From positions 1-64,000 of the forward strand of contig JBCBZT010000017.1 in assembly GCA_039815185.1 (NCBI GenBank): 64,000 nt of DNA, written 5' to 3'. Every line of letters begins with the position of its first letter. Position 1 is the stretch's first letter. A model generated the notes under the pieces. That model made no database searches and was not told the origin of the DNA. It was given only the letters and a program-made list of their open reading frames with translations. A program made the translations under genes and the position numbers. Shown here in pieces: positions 49,733 through 59,643 of the stretch. The DNA comes from Cyanobacteria bacterium P01_A01_bin.123. GTDB taxonomy: Bacteria > Cyanobacteriota > Cyanobacteriia > Phormidesmidales > Phormidesmidaceae.

Positions 49733-50102
49733 ATAAATTTAAATACAGATAAATTTAAATACAGATTCTAATAAGCACCCTGTGCCTTTAAATCAAATGC
49801 TCTTGCTTGATCTCACAATATCTTGTCTATGATTTTCGTAGATGCACGGCAACCTTTCGTCAGTGTTAATCGTCCCTTTAATCAAATTCGGCATTACAAC
49901 GTTGTTGTATGAGCATTCTGTAAAAAGGTCGGAAAAGTCGGAAAATTAAGGATCCAAGCAATTGCGAGGAATTCTGTTTTTGATGAAGTTGGTCGAAGTT
50001 ACCAGTTTTAAAGAAATTACCAGTTTAAAGAACGAGATATCTGACGTTTAGACTAGCATTTCTGCTTGGTTTATCAAACCTGAGCAAGACCCTTTGCCTT
50101 AG

Positions 50103-52487
50103 TTATGGGCAATCAGAGACTGAGGTGAAGTTAGCAATACCAGTTTCAAATGTAAAGTTGCCTATATTCAGATTGCTAACGGTAGCCAAGCTAACAATTT
50201 GAAATATGCTGCTGTTGGGATCGAGTTCAAAGTCACTATCTGCGGCGATCGCACTCGAATTCCCTGCCAATAGAAGACACAGAGATTGACTACTGTTTTG
50301 GTCAATGTCGAAACTATCCTGGGCCGCTTGAACAACTGTATTTGATCTCAAAATTGCCGTCACCTGAGCATCATCGTCAATGTCTAGAAAAATACCATCG
50401 TCATTAACCGTTGTGATGTGATTGCCTGTCATCATCAGCATCAGTCGAGTATTGGCGTCTTCAGCATCCACATGGACGGCTTCATCATCGGTGTTTTGGA
50501 TTGTATTTTGAGTCAGGGTGGCAGTCATTTGGGAGCGATCGTCCAGGTTAAGGAAGATGCCGTCGCCGCTAGTGGTATTGATTTGATTGTTTTCGATCGT
50601 GACAGTGGCTTGGGCATCGGCTTCGGTGTCAATTTCGATCGCTTCCCCGTTTGTATTGGCGATTGCGCCGCCAATAGTCGTCAAAGTATTGTTTGAAATC
50701 GCGATCGCAGCCTCAGCACTACCGTTAACATCAATGTAAATCCCGTCATCACTACTACCCGTTGCATTGATTTGATTTTGGCTGACGCTAAGGTTGAATT
50801 GAGAAGTATCATCAGCGTCAATTTCGATACCACCACCTCCCGTCTGGGTGAAACGATTGTCCGCAATCGCGGCTGTTACCCTTGCCCCGTCGTCAGTTTG
50901 TAAATAAATGCCGTCGGCGTTATTGCCTATGGTCGCGATCGCATTATTAGCAATCGTCACTATGCTCTCAGCGGTGCCTGCCCAGCTAATTTGAATCGCC
51001 TGAGCACCATTGGGAAATGAGGTAGAGGCTCCAGTTGTGGTCAGGCTGTTGTTGAGTAGGCTAATGGAACCATCAGCACGGGTCAGGCGAATCCCCCCCG
51101 CATTGTTGCCTGACGTTGCAATCTGGTTGTATTCAAGTTGAACTGTGTCGATATCGCTGCCAAATATACCTAAATTGCCAGTCGGGGGCGCGATCGCAAA
51201 GCCTGAAAGGACTGTGTTATTCGATAGGGTAACAGTATCGCTGAGGGTTGGTAGTAAGCCATTGCCTGAACCTGGGAGTTGGACGGTGCCGAATTGAGTA
51301 TTAATCATCTGCACTGGCCCCACTGATCGCACCGCTACCCCAGCCGGAATCGTAAAGCCACTCCCTGCATGACCCGACTGGACATAAACGATATCGCCTG
51401 CGATCGCGAGTCCGACTGCATTGGCGACCGTATCACGGGGCGTTTCAGCCGCAGCATCGTGTCCGGTAGTGGTGCCATGGGTCGGATCCACGTGGCGGAA
51501 CTGATAAGCCGTTCCCGTTTCTGGGTTAATCGCAATTAAACCTGACACTGTGCGACTTTCACTGAGTACGGTTAGCCATCCACCACTGCGACGCACCAAA
51601 GGTTCCGCTGCTCGCTGCCAAACCGGTGTATCCCTCGACGAAACAGTTTGGCTAGCCTGATCAGAAACAGGGGAATTCAGCGGCAATCGGAAGGACAAAG
51701 ACACTTGTCCATTCCCTTGGAGGTCTTGTTCAATGCCAAGCCCGAGTCGCAGCTGATTGGGTAAACGATAATCCAGTCGTAATCTGCCACCCCACTGCCC
51801 ATCGACTTCAGAACCATCGACATAAAAGACGCCGGTAGAACCCCACAAACTCCCCCCGGAGTTACCAAACCTCGCCAGTTGGAATCCCGCTTCTAAATCT
51901 AGCCCGCCTAAAGCGACTTCCGACTGGATGAGTTCCTGGCTGTCAATCAATAGCTGATTGCCCACAAAGCGAGGATTCGTGGCTTGGCTCGCGCTGCTAA
52001 TCTGCGATCGCGCTTGTCCCAGAGGTAAATAGCCATTCATATGAACCTCCCAGCCACCCCCTAGGACTTCTATCCCAAAACCCAGTTGAGGAATCGTTTG
52101 GTAAGGCGTCCCCCGCAAATCAAGCCCGCCATATCCACCGACAACAACCTCACCCAAGCGTCGGCGATGTCCAAGATGGAAGGATGCGATCGCGTTGCTG
52201 GCCGAAGCTGCCGAAAGCCTGCCGTTAATGAATGTCAAAGACTGATCAGCGGTTTGCCACAGTGGTAAAAACCCTTCTAGTCCAATAAATCCAAGAGATT
52301 CGTTGCTGGGCTGTTCGTAGTTGAGATGGACTTGAGGCGGAATCGAGTAGTCTGGTGTTGGGCCTGAGGGGATAGGCTCGGATTTTCTTTCAGGCAAAGC
52401 TAAAGCACTTTGCCCCATAGATAACCCTGCGATGGCAAGCACCGCCCAAGAAATACCCCAATAGCTTTGAAATGGGGGAATAGTCAT
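50103..52487 (-). CDS. Inverse autotransporter-like protein: N-terminal beta-barrel plus beta-helix passenger
   Basis: Signal peptide; amphipathic strands with LEGFLPLWQ, QLGFGIE, NGYLPLG, ALGGLDLEAG; C-terminal repeats (GIYL..D...I..N.I). Confidence 0.75.
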   Translation of the reverse strand: MTIPPFQSYWGISWAVLAIAGLSMGQSALALPERKSEPIPSGPTPDYSIPPQVHLNYEQPSNESLGFIGLEGFLPLWQTADQSLTFINGRLSAASASNAIASFHLGHRRRLGEVVVGGYGGLDLRGTPYQTIPQLGFGIEVLGGGWEVHMNGYLPLGQARSQISSASQATNPRFVGNQLLIDSQELIQSEVALGGLDLEAGFQLARFGNSGGSLWGSTGVFYVDGSEVDGQWGGRLRLDYRLPNQLRLGLGIEQDLQGNGQVSLSFRLPLNSPVSDQASQTVSSRDTPVWQRAAEPLVRRSGGWLTVLSESRTVSGLIAINPETGTAYQFRHVDPTHGTTTGHDAAAETPRDTVANAVGLAIAGDIVYVQSGHAGSGFTIPAGVAVRSVGPVQMINTQFGTVQLPGSGNGLLPTLSDTVTLSNNTVLSGFAIAPPTGNLGIFGSDIDTVQLEYNQIATSGNNAGGIRLTRADGSISLLNNSLTTTGASTSFPNGAQAIQISWAGTAESIVTIANNAIATIGNNADGIYLQTDDGARVTAAIADNRFTQTGGGGIEIDADDTSQFNLSVSQNQINATGSSDDGIYIDVNGSAEAAIAISNNTLTTIGGAIANTNGEAIEIDTEADAQATVTIENNQINTTSGDGIFLNLDDRSQMTATLTQNTIQNTDDEAVHVDAEDANTRLMLMMTGNHITTVNDDGIFLDIDDDAQVTAILRSNTVVQAAQDSFDIDQNSSQSLCLLLAGNSSAIAADSDFELDPNSSIFQIVSLATVSNLNIGNFTFETGIANFTSVSDCP

Positions 52488-52579
52488 GATCTTTGCTCAA
52501 CACACCCTGCTGGCTTCCATGCACAGTTCTCAAGGTGCCCAGGGAATCCTGAAATTACCTACCGGAGATTACTGAGCAG

Positions 52580-53641
52580 ATGACACACGCCAAGCGATCG
52601 CGGCTGTATATTCAACCACCCCTGGGGCCAGAGGCTTGGGTATCAGTTAACTTATCGATGTTGTTTCCGGGGATCGGGCAGTTTTATGGTGGGGCAATTT
52701 TTAAGGGCTTTTTGTTCTCAGTCACAGCGATTTGCTTGCTGATTTACATTGGCTGGTCGTTATTCGCGGCGGAAGGGAATACCCTACGAGGGATCATTGG
52801 TCTACTGATTGGGGCGTTGCTCTATGGCATTAATCTGGTCGATGCCTATCGCAGCTTGAGTCAAAAATCCTCTGGCAAACCCGCTCACAGCAAAAATCAG
52901 CGCTGGTATGCCGTCTTTTTGTCTCAGATTCTGCCTGGTCTGGGGCATTTTTACCAACAGCAAGCGCTGATTGGGGGGCTGTTATTTGGAGTTGGTGTGC
53001 TAACAGCCTTCGGGGCCAACTTCAACCCAGCTTTACTGCCGATTCCGCCGTTTATTTGGGCGATCGCGTGCTACCACATCTATCGCACTGTACCCGATCG
53101 CAAACCTCGCCTGGGCGCGATCGCGGTCGTCATTCTGGGACTCTTAGCCGTACGGTTGACCGTCAGCTACATTCCCGTTTGGGTTGATCGCTCACTGGTG
53201 CAGTGTATTGTCCCCAGCGAGTCCATGGTTCCAACACTGTTAATCAACGACCGAGTTTTCGTCAATCGCCAACCGGGTTTTCGCCCCCAGACCGGAGACA
53301 TTGTGGTGTTTGAACCGCCTGTTGAAGCGATCGCTAAGACGGATGTCGAACCTGAAACTTTACTGGTCAAACGGGTGATTGGCTTGCCGGGTCAAACGGT
53401 GCAAGTTACTCAGGGGCAGGTGTTGATTAATCAAACCCCGTTGGTGGAAGCTTACGAAACGCGATCGCCCACCTACGAATGGGGACCCGCCATTATTCCG
53501 CCAGAGTCTTATTTTGTTTTAGGCGATAACCGCGACTTTAGTGCCGATTCCCATGTGTGGGGTGCTGTCCCCCGCAGTAACTTATTGGGGCCTGCTTACA
53601 AGATTTATTGGCCACCCGCACGGATTCAACCGCTGGATTGA
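52580..53641 (+). CDS. lepB: Signal peptidase I with extended multi-TM N-terminus
   Basis: PSESMVPTL, LVKRVIGLPG, GDNRDFSADS. Confidence 0.9.
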   Translation: MTHAKRSRLYIQPPLGPEAWVSVNLSMLFPGIGQFYGGAIFKGFLFSVTAICLLIYIGWSLFAAEGNTLRGIIGLLIGALLYGINLVDAYRSLSQKSSGKPAHSKNQRWYAVFLSQILPGLGHFYQQQALIGGLLFGVGVLTAFGANFNPALLPIPPFIWAIACYHIYRTVPDRKPRLGAIAVVILGLLAVRLTVSYIPVWVDRSLVQCIVPSESMVPTLLINDRVFVNRQPGFRPQTGDIVVFEPPVEAIAKTDVEPETLLVKRVIGLPGQTVQVTQGQVLINQTPLVEAYETRSPTYEWGPAIIPPESYFVLGDNRDFSADSHVWGAVPRSNLLGPAYKIYWPPARIQPLD

Positions 53642-54435
53642 TCTTGCCGGACTAACCATTCACCGAAGGCTGTAACTGCCAGCTTTATCTCCTTAAACAC
53701 GGACGGTACCTGTTGAGCTAGTTCTAAAACTCGCTGCCCGTCTAGATCTAAGTTATATAGGTGTCGCGCCCGATGGCGAAAGCGCCGATAAACTTCCAGC
53801 TCAACCAGTAGTGAATTCTCCCAAAGGGTTGGGCGTCCTTGCTTGCCAGGTTCTGCCACTTGCTTCAACAACTGTTCATGCCAGTTACGCCCATCCGGTA
53901 AACCCTCATCTAGCATGACGACAACTCGCTCTGCTAGACGTTCACAGCCAGAATAGAAGTCCTCAATGTAGCCTGCTGCGGCTGGGATTAATGCAATCTC
54001 AGGAATCGTATCAGCTTGCACCAGCAGTAAATTCAGGGTTGTAACCGTTTTTTCAAGCGCAGCCAGCTCATCTTCAAGGCGTATCTTTAAAGCGAGGTAG
54101 GTGTTTTCAGGCATCGGTGTCAGTTGTAAGATGCGATCGCGAATGTGCTCATCGGCCTGCTCAATGGCAACTAAATCAAATGGCAACCAACTGGGTACCG
54201 TTGTCTCTAAACATCGGTAAGCCTCTAAAAGTGACTCGGATGACATCCCACGTACTGCCAAGTCCAAATCTGAGTCATCGTGCCAGGGTGTATCACCTCG
54301 TAAAGACCCAAATACAATCACTTCCTCGGCACCAAAATCTTGCTTTAATAGCTGAACGCATTGTGCAGCGACGACTAAAGCATGTTGTCGCCGTTGTTCT
54401 ACAGAAGATGGTGTTTGGTCTAAAGGTGTTTGCAC
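53626..54435 (-). CDS. Fused MNT nucleotidyltransferase - HEPN (HepT-like) RNase
   Basis: FGSLRG...SDLDLAV in the N-half; FYSGCER, WHEQLL and RHRARHLY (RX4HXY) in the C-half; one open frame. Confidence 0.85.
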   Translation of the reverse strand: MQTPLDQTPSSVEQRRQHALVVAAQCVQLLKQDFGAEEVIVFGSLRGDTPWHDDSDLDLAVRGMSSESLLEAYRCLETTVPSWLPFDLVAIEQADEHIRDRILQLTPMPENTYLALKIRLEDELAALEKTVTTLNLLLVQADTIPEIALIPAAAGYIEDFYSGCERLAERVVVMLDEGLPDGRNWHEQLLKQVAEPGKQGRPTLWENSLLVELEVYRRFRHRARHLYNLDLDGQRVLELAQQVPSVFKEIKLAVTAFGEWLVRQDQSSG

Positions 54436-54605
54436 TACTTCAAAATCTCAGATTCAACCCGCTTCCACATCCAAAAGAATAGGATTTTCTGGAGGGCTTA
54501 AAAAGCTTATAGCCCAGCAACAGGAAATGCCAGCGCTTCTAGTTGCTCAAATTGACTTTGGTCTACCACCATTCTATGCGATCGCATCTTTCTAGCTTTG
54601 ACGCA

Positions 54606-55436
54606 TCACGATTCGGTCTCAGGCGTAATTCTTTTCAATAGCTCGTTAACTTGAATCGCATCTTGAGCCTCGGGGAAAGCTTGCAGATAGGTTTTCAGAT
54701 CTTCTGCTGCTTCGAGAAATCGCCCTTGATGAAAATAAAGTAGGCCGCGATCGCGCTTTTCTTGGCCATTATCAGGCATGACAATTAACAATAATTCAAT
54801 CATTTCTAAGGCTGTCTCAATATCTTCACGGTTGAGAAAAATCAGCTTCAGGTTTGTCAACATGCGTCCCAAAAATTGTCGTGGTGATACGGCAGCGATA
54901 TATTCTGGCCGAAGCGTTGCCGAAGCACCATAAATCTGCTTGATTCGCGCTTCACAGTCGTCCTCAAATAAGATTTCTCCCTGATGAAATCCATCGACAA
55001 ACACCGCCATCTCATTCACCATCGGACGGATTAAAAAATGCCCTGGCATCCCCACCCCTACCATGGGAAAGTCAATCCGACGAGCGACTTCTAAGTAGAC
55101 CAGCGATAGGGTGATGGGAATGCCCAAACGGCGATCAATCACCTGGTTGAGATAGCTATTGCGCGGATCATAATAATCTTCGTCGTTGCCCCTAAACCCC
55201 AAATCCTCAAATAGATGTTGGTTGATGATCTTAATTACTTTGAGGGGATACCGTTCAACGGGCAGGCGCGATTGAATGACTAGGGCCATGTCATCCAAAG
55301 CCTTGAGGTAGGTCTCAATTTGGAGTTGGGGATCAGCGATTTGGGCAATGCACAGTGCCGCTGCCGCTAGATCAACTTGATCATCTGGCTTTTGCAACGC
55401 CTGGGACAGATGCTGATGAGGTAGAGAAAAATCCAT
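54606..55436 (-). CDS. SirB1 / transglutaminase-like TPR protein
   Basis: GFRGN..DYYDPRNS, GIPITLS, GMPGHF, RDRGLL. Confidence 0.9.
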   Translation of the reverse strand: MDFSLPHQHLSQALQKPDDQVDLAAAALCIAQIADPQLQIETYLKALDDMALVIQSRLPVERYPLKVIKIINQHLFEDLGFRGNDEDYYDPRNSYLNQVIDRRLGIPITLSLVYLEVARRIDFPMVGVGMPGHFLIRPMVNEMAVFVDGFHQGEILFEDDCEARIKQIYGASATLRPEYIAAVSPRQFLGRMLTNLKLIFLNREDIETALEMIELLLIVMPDNGQEKRDRGLLYFHQGRFLEAAEDLKTYLQAFPEAQDAIQVNELLKRITPETES

Positions 55437-55507
55437 AGTGGGTTAAATTCGCAAATAAGCCCCATCCGAATTGGAAAACGATTGATCTGAGATATGGCCA
55501 AGGTGGG

Positions 55508-57070
55508 TTACCTAGAATAATCCTGGCCTGTGCCGTATTGCAAAGCGTCGCACCAACGACGATAGCGGTATTGCCAAGCGACAGGCAGACTTTTAGCCCA
55601 AGGTTTTGCCTTGCAAGCCAGGGGATAGAGGGCGCTGCTACTCGCTAGATTTCCATAGTGTCCCATCCAGCGTAACAGCTCGGCTGGGCCAACCTGAGGA
55701 ATAATTTTGGCGACTAATGCCGGATGGGCAACAGAGGTTTTGAGTAGGGTTTTAGCCAAAGCGGGAAACTGCACCACATCCTGCAAAAACGGCTTTAAAG
55801 TTGCCTCTCCTAGGCTGGCCATATCTTGAAAGATAGCGGCCAGGGTTTGATTGATTCGGTCGGGGGGGAGGTTTTGGCCCAGATCCACACTCATGGATTT
55901 TTGAAACAACCAGGTGACGGACAAATTGGGTTGGTAGGGTTGCAGCCAGCCTAAGCTTTGGGCGTCTAAACAGTCGTTTCTTAGAGCATCATCAATTCCA
56001 TCGGTCAATCGAGTGAGATGACGAATCATTGCCCCAAAGCCCCCAAAGCTAAGGGGAGATTGGTTGCCGCTGCTGTCGCCCACCGCCAGCGATCGCTCCC
56101 AGGGATATCGCAATGGGCTATCACGATAGCAAGGGAAAAACCCAAACAGGGCACGTTTGACCGTAAGGGCTTCTAGCTCAACCGATTGATATTGGGGTAG
56201 CAGCGTTAGGTAATCTTCAAACAGGGTCTCCAAGCTGGGTCGCTCGGGATGGGCATCTAAGTAGGTGAACAGGTAAGTTGTCCGTCCATCCCGCGCCGGA
56301 AAGGCTTCCCAAAAGTACTGCCGCTGATCCTGAATTGGTGTGAACGAAGCGATCAAGTCTCCTGTTTCATTGCTGGGATACCCCGTAGCGCAGGTCCCCA
56401 CAACGAGACAAACCGCATCGGGTTGTTGTCCGTTACGAGCCTGTCGTGCGATGGGTGAAAAGTGGCCCATCGCATCAATTAACAACCGCGTTGTCAACCC
56501 CTCTCCGGCCGTCCCATTGGCCAGCACCTTAACGCCATCAGCATGAATGACCGCGCCTTCAAAGGCAGTGTGTTCCAGCAAATGTCCTCCTGATGCGAGG
56601 AACTTTTGCTTTAAGGTTTCTAGCAGATAAACCGGGTCAACACCCACGTTGAGTACGTCTTTGACCCATAGATCTTCACCACCGCCAAAGCTAATGCGGG
56701 CGGGATTATATTCGGTCGCGATCGCCTGTTCAAGCTCAGCCGCATTCAATAATCCCAATTCGACCAGCTCAGTGAGTTCTTGACGAGAAATATTCCACTC
56801 TTGATCGCGTCCCCGCAGTTGACCTCTTTCAATTAACGCGATGCGCCATCCCCTCTGGGCCAAGGCTACTCCCAGCAAAATACCCAACGTCCCGCCGCAA
56901 ATTACTGCGTCCCAGTCGATGGCAGTCGTCAAAGGTTCGGGATTCTGTTTAACGACATCAGGAATCGGCATCGTCCCCTCTCGCAGCCCCTGCCAAAGCT
57001 GGTCAGCCTTACGCAGTCCCCCCAAAACGTCTCCGGGTAGCGGACGTAAAATCTGCTCGGTCAAGTTCAT
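55508..57070 (-). CDS. cruP: FAD-dependent CruA/CruP family protein (CruP-like)
   Basis: ICGGTLG, GRDQEWNISR, DAMGHFSPI, QSPLSFGGFG; 520 aa fits CruP better than the longer CruA. Confidence 0.78.
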   Translation of the reverse strand: MNLTEQILRPLPGDVLGGLRKADQLWQGLREGTMPIPDVVKQNPEPLTTAIDWDAVICGGTLGILLGVALAQRGWRIALIERGQLRGRDQEWNISRQELTELVELGLLNAAELEQAIATEYNPARISFGGGEDLWVKDVLNVGVDPVYLLETLKQKFLASGGHLLEHTAFEGAVIHADGVKVLANGTAGEGLTTRLLIDAMGHFSPIARQARNGQQPDAVCLVVGTCATGYPSNETGDLIASFTPIQDQRQYFWEAFPARDGRTTYLFTYLDAHPERPSLETLFEDYLTLLPQYQSVELEALTVKRALFGFFPCYRDSPLRYPWERSLAVGDSSGNQSPLSFGGFGAMIRHLTRLTDGIDDALRNDCLDAQSLGWLQPYQPNLSVTWLFQKSMSVDLGQNLPPDRINQTLAAIFQDMASLGEATLKPFLQDVVQFPALAKTLLKTSVAHPALVAKIIPQVGPAELLRWMGHYGNLASSSALYPLACKAKPWAKSLPVAWQYRYRRWCDALQYGTGQDYSR

Positions 57071-57344
57071 GACAGTCGTCTAATTTTGGAGATCACTGCT
57101 TTCATCCTAACGCTGCCGTTTGCGGTATTAAGTCGTACAAGTGATCGAGAAGCTGCCTTAAGACGAGCTGCTGTAGAAATTGACGCGATCGCCGATCGTC
57201 CCAGCCAAAGTAATCTAGCCATGTCGACCGCAATTCTGGCAGGGCTAATATTAGATAAGGATTTAATCGGTCGGATTTTGAGGAAAGACCTGATGAGCGA
57301 TCTAAGTGTCTGGCTGACGCAAAATGCTGAAAACGAGGTAATTG

Positions 57345-57692
57345 ATGGCTGATTCTGATTTGTCTACGCAAACGACAACCGCCCCTGCTGCCACCACAAA
57401 AGCTTCGCCGCTACGCTGCTTTTTGGGATCTACTGTAGCCGGAGGGCTTTCATTTTTAGCCTATCGACTCACTAGCGCGATCGCGCTGACCTTTGCCAAC
57501 AAACCCATCACCTCAGACAACATCACGGCCCAAAACATTGGTGCAGCAGTCCGCACGCTGGTAATCGGTATTGTCGCCTTGGGTGCAGGCATCTTTGGCA
57601 TTGCGGCTCTCGGCCTCTTTGCCCTGGGCATTCAACTCACAATTCAACGGCTCACGGGCAAATCAGATGCGCCGACTTCTGAAGGCGGATAG
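57345..57692 (+). CDS. DUF3082 membrane protein
   Basis: SPLRCF.GS...AVRTLV.G pattern; GAGG upstream. Confidence 0.8.
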   Translation: MADSDLSTQTTTAPAATTKASPLRCFLGSTVAGGLSFLAYRLTSAIALTFANKPITSDNITAQNIGAAVRTLVIGIVALGAGIFGIAALGLFALGIQLTIQRLTGKSDAPTSEGG

Positions 57693-57694
57693 TC

Positions 57695-58093
57695 CTATTG
57701 GGCGGCTTTGTAAGCTGCCCAACCCCCATAGTTGGAAATGTCCTCCCAGCCATGTTCGTCAATCAACGCTTTGGGATATAAAAACGCGATCGCACTGCCA
57801 CCCTCTATCAATTCAACTGATTCAGGATACATGTGGGGCGGTTCATTATTTTTGAGATGCTCATACTGGTCTGCGCTCATTTCATAAAGCTCCCCTGGGA
57901 TCGAAATACCATTGTCAGTGGTGGGGTAAATGCCAGGATGCCAGCCGTCTTTAACCGAATGTAGGCGATATTTAGCAGCGGTCTGGACGGCTCCTAAAAA
58001 CTTTGCATCCTGAAGATTACCGTGATCGGGTTGCCCGCGTAGGGCCGATCCACAGATGAACACAACGGTTGAGATTTGGACGGGTTCTGTCAT
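57695..58093 (-). CDS. GGCT-like / allophanate hydrolase C-terminal-like protein
   Basis: VFICGSALRGQP, TAAKYRL, IPGELYE, DISNYGGWAAY. Confidence 0.75.
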   Translation of the reverse strand: MTEPVQISTVVFICGSALRGQPDHGNLQDAKFLGAVQTAAKYRLHSVKDGWHPGIYPTTDNGISIPGELYEMSADQYEHLKNNEPPHMYPESVELIEGGSAIAFLYPKALIDEHGWEDISNYGGWAAYKAAQ

Positions 58094-58341
58094 GGCGATG
58101 GCAACAATGCAGTGAGATGAGCTTTATTTTAAGGCTTAAGGGTTCAGCAGATTAGCGGTCTGTTAGTATAACGCGACACAGTACGCTAGCTGACTCACCC
58201 GCTTAATAGCTACATTGCTATTGATTTTGGCTAGGTATGCCGGATTTTTGCAACTCGGATTGCGATCGCCGTACTATCGAGTTAGCTTCTCCACAGCCGT
58301 TGGCTAAAGCTTGGAATTTCGTAATGTTGTTGGTGTGAGAT

Positions 58342-59517
58342 ATGCAAGATATTGGTGTCACTTCCCAAGCCCCATCAACTCCAGTGACTCCCATGCCAGC
58401 CCCCCAGGTGAAAGGGGTGTCTTTGCGGTCAGTCACGAAAAAGTACGGCGCTGTCACGGCCATCGAAAACGTTACCCTCGACATTCCGGCTGGGTCTTAT
58501 TGCTGCTTGCTTGGCCCTAGCGGTTGTGGCAAAACGACCACCATGCGAATGATTGCAGGCCACGAAGAGATTACCAGTGGTGAAATTTTCATTGGTGATT
58601 TACGCCTGAATGATTTGCCCCCGGCCAAGCGCAACACGGCCATGATGTTTCAAAACTATGCCCTGTTTCCCCACAAAACGGTTTGGCAAAACGTTGAGTT
58701 TGGCCTTAAGATGCGTGGCCTTTCCCAGAGCGAACGGCACTTGCGCGTCGCTGAAATGTTGGAGATTGTTGGGTTAACAGCCTTCGGCGATCGCAAACCT
58801 AACATGCTTAGCGGTGGTCAACAGCAACGGGTTGCCCTCGCCCGTGCTTTAGTCACCCGTCCGGCAGTCTTGCTGCTAGACGAACCCCTCAGCGCCCTCG
58901 ATGAATCGCTACGGATTAAAACCCGTGGTGAACTGCGCAAGCTTCAGCGCCAGTTTGGCATGACCTTTGTCCAGGTTACTCACAATCAAGACGAAGCATA
59001 TTCTCTATCGGATCAAGTGGTCGTGATGGATCATGGCCGGGTTGATCAAGTGGGGGCCCCCCAAGAAATTTTTGCCAAACCGATTTCCCAGTTTGTGGCG
59101 CGCTTCACCGGGGACAACAATATTTTTATCGGACGGGTTGAAAATGCCGTCAATGACGGTCAAGGGTATTTGATTCAGCTTGCCGTAGAAGGTTTAGGGA
59201 CACTTTGGTGTCGGGGAGACTTTGCTCAAGGGGGTGCAATGGCGGCTTGTTGTGTCCGTGCTGATCAACTGCATTTGCAACCCTTAAAAGAACAATCTGA
59301 CCTTGAGTCAAAACCTGCTCAAAATCAAGTTTCGGCCCGAATCACAGCCATTGAATTTACGGGCTATATCACACGGGTCACCCTAGCGTTGGAAAAAACG
59401 GGTGCTGAGGTGCTGTACAAAGCTCGAACTACAGATTGGATGCTTCAACCGCTACACGAAGGCCAAGTAGCCCTGCTTGATTGGTCAGCCCAAAACTGCG
59501 TATTTTTAGCCCACTAG
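58342..59517 (+). CDS. ABC transporter ATP-binding protein (PotA-like)
   Basis: GPSGCGKT, FQNYALFPH, LSGGQQQR, LLLDEP; TOBE-like C-terminus. Confidence 0.93.
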   Translation: MQDIGVTSQAPSTPVTPMPAPQVKGVSLRSVTKKYGAVTAIENVTLDIPAGSYCCLLGPSGCGKTTTMRMIAGHEEITSGEIFIGDLRLNDLPPAKRNTAMMFQNYALFPHKTVWQNVEFGLKMRGLSQSERHLRVAEMLEIVGLTAFGDRKPNMLSGGQQQRVALARALVTRPAVLLLDEPLSALDESLRIKTRGELRKLQRQFGMTFVQVTHNQDEAYSLSDQVVVMDHGRVDQVGAPQEIFAKPISQFVARFTGDNNIFIGRVENAVNDGQGYLIQLAVEGLGTLWCRGDFAQGGAMAACCVRADQLHLQPLKEQSDLESKPAQNQVSARITAIEFTGYITRVTLALEKTGAEVLYKARTTDWMLQPLHEGQVALLDWSAQNCVFLAH

Positions 59518-59643
59518 CGTTAATTGGGAGTTAACTGTTAAGGCAATTGTTTTTACGTTAGTCAAAACTAGCGATTCCAATGTTCTATCCTCTCGGCACA
59601 CCTCTACTAAGTTGTTCTCTAAGTTACTGAATCAAGAAATACT

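Noticed and set aside
57086..57371. Overlapping 88-89 aa ORFs between cruP and DUF3082
   Set aside because: They fill a divergent promoter region, have weak starts and show no family features.
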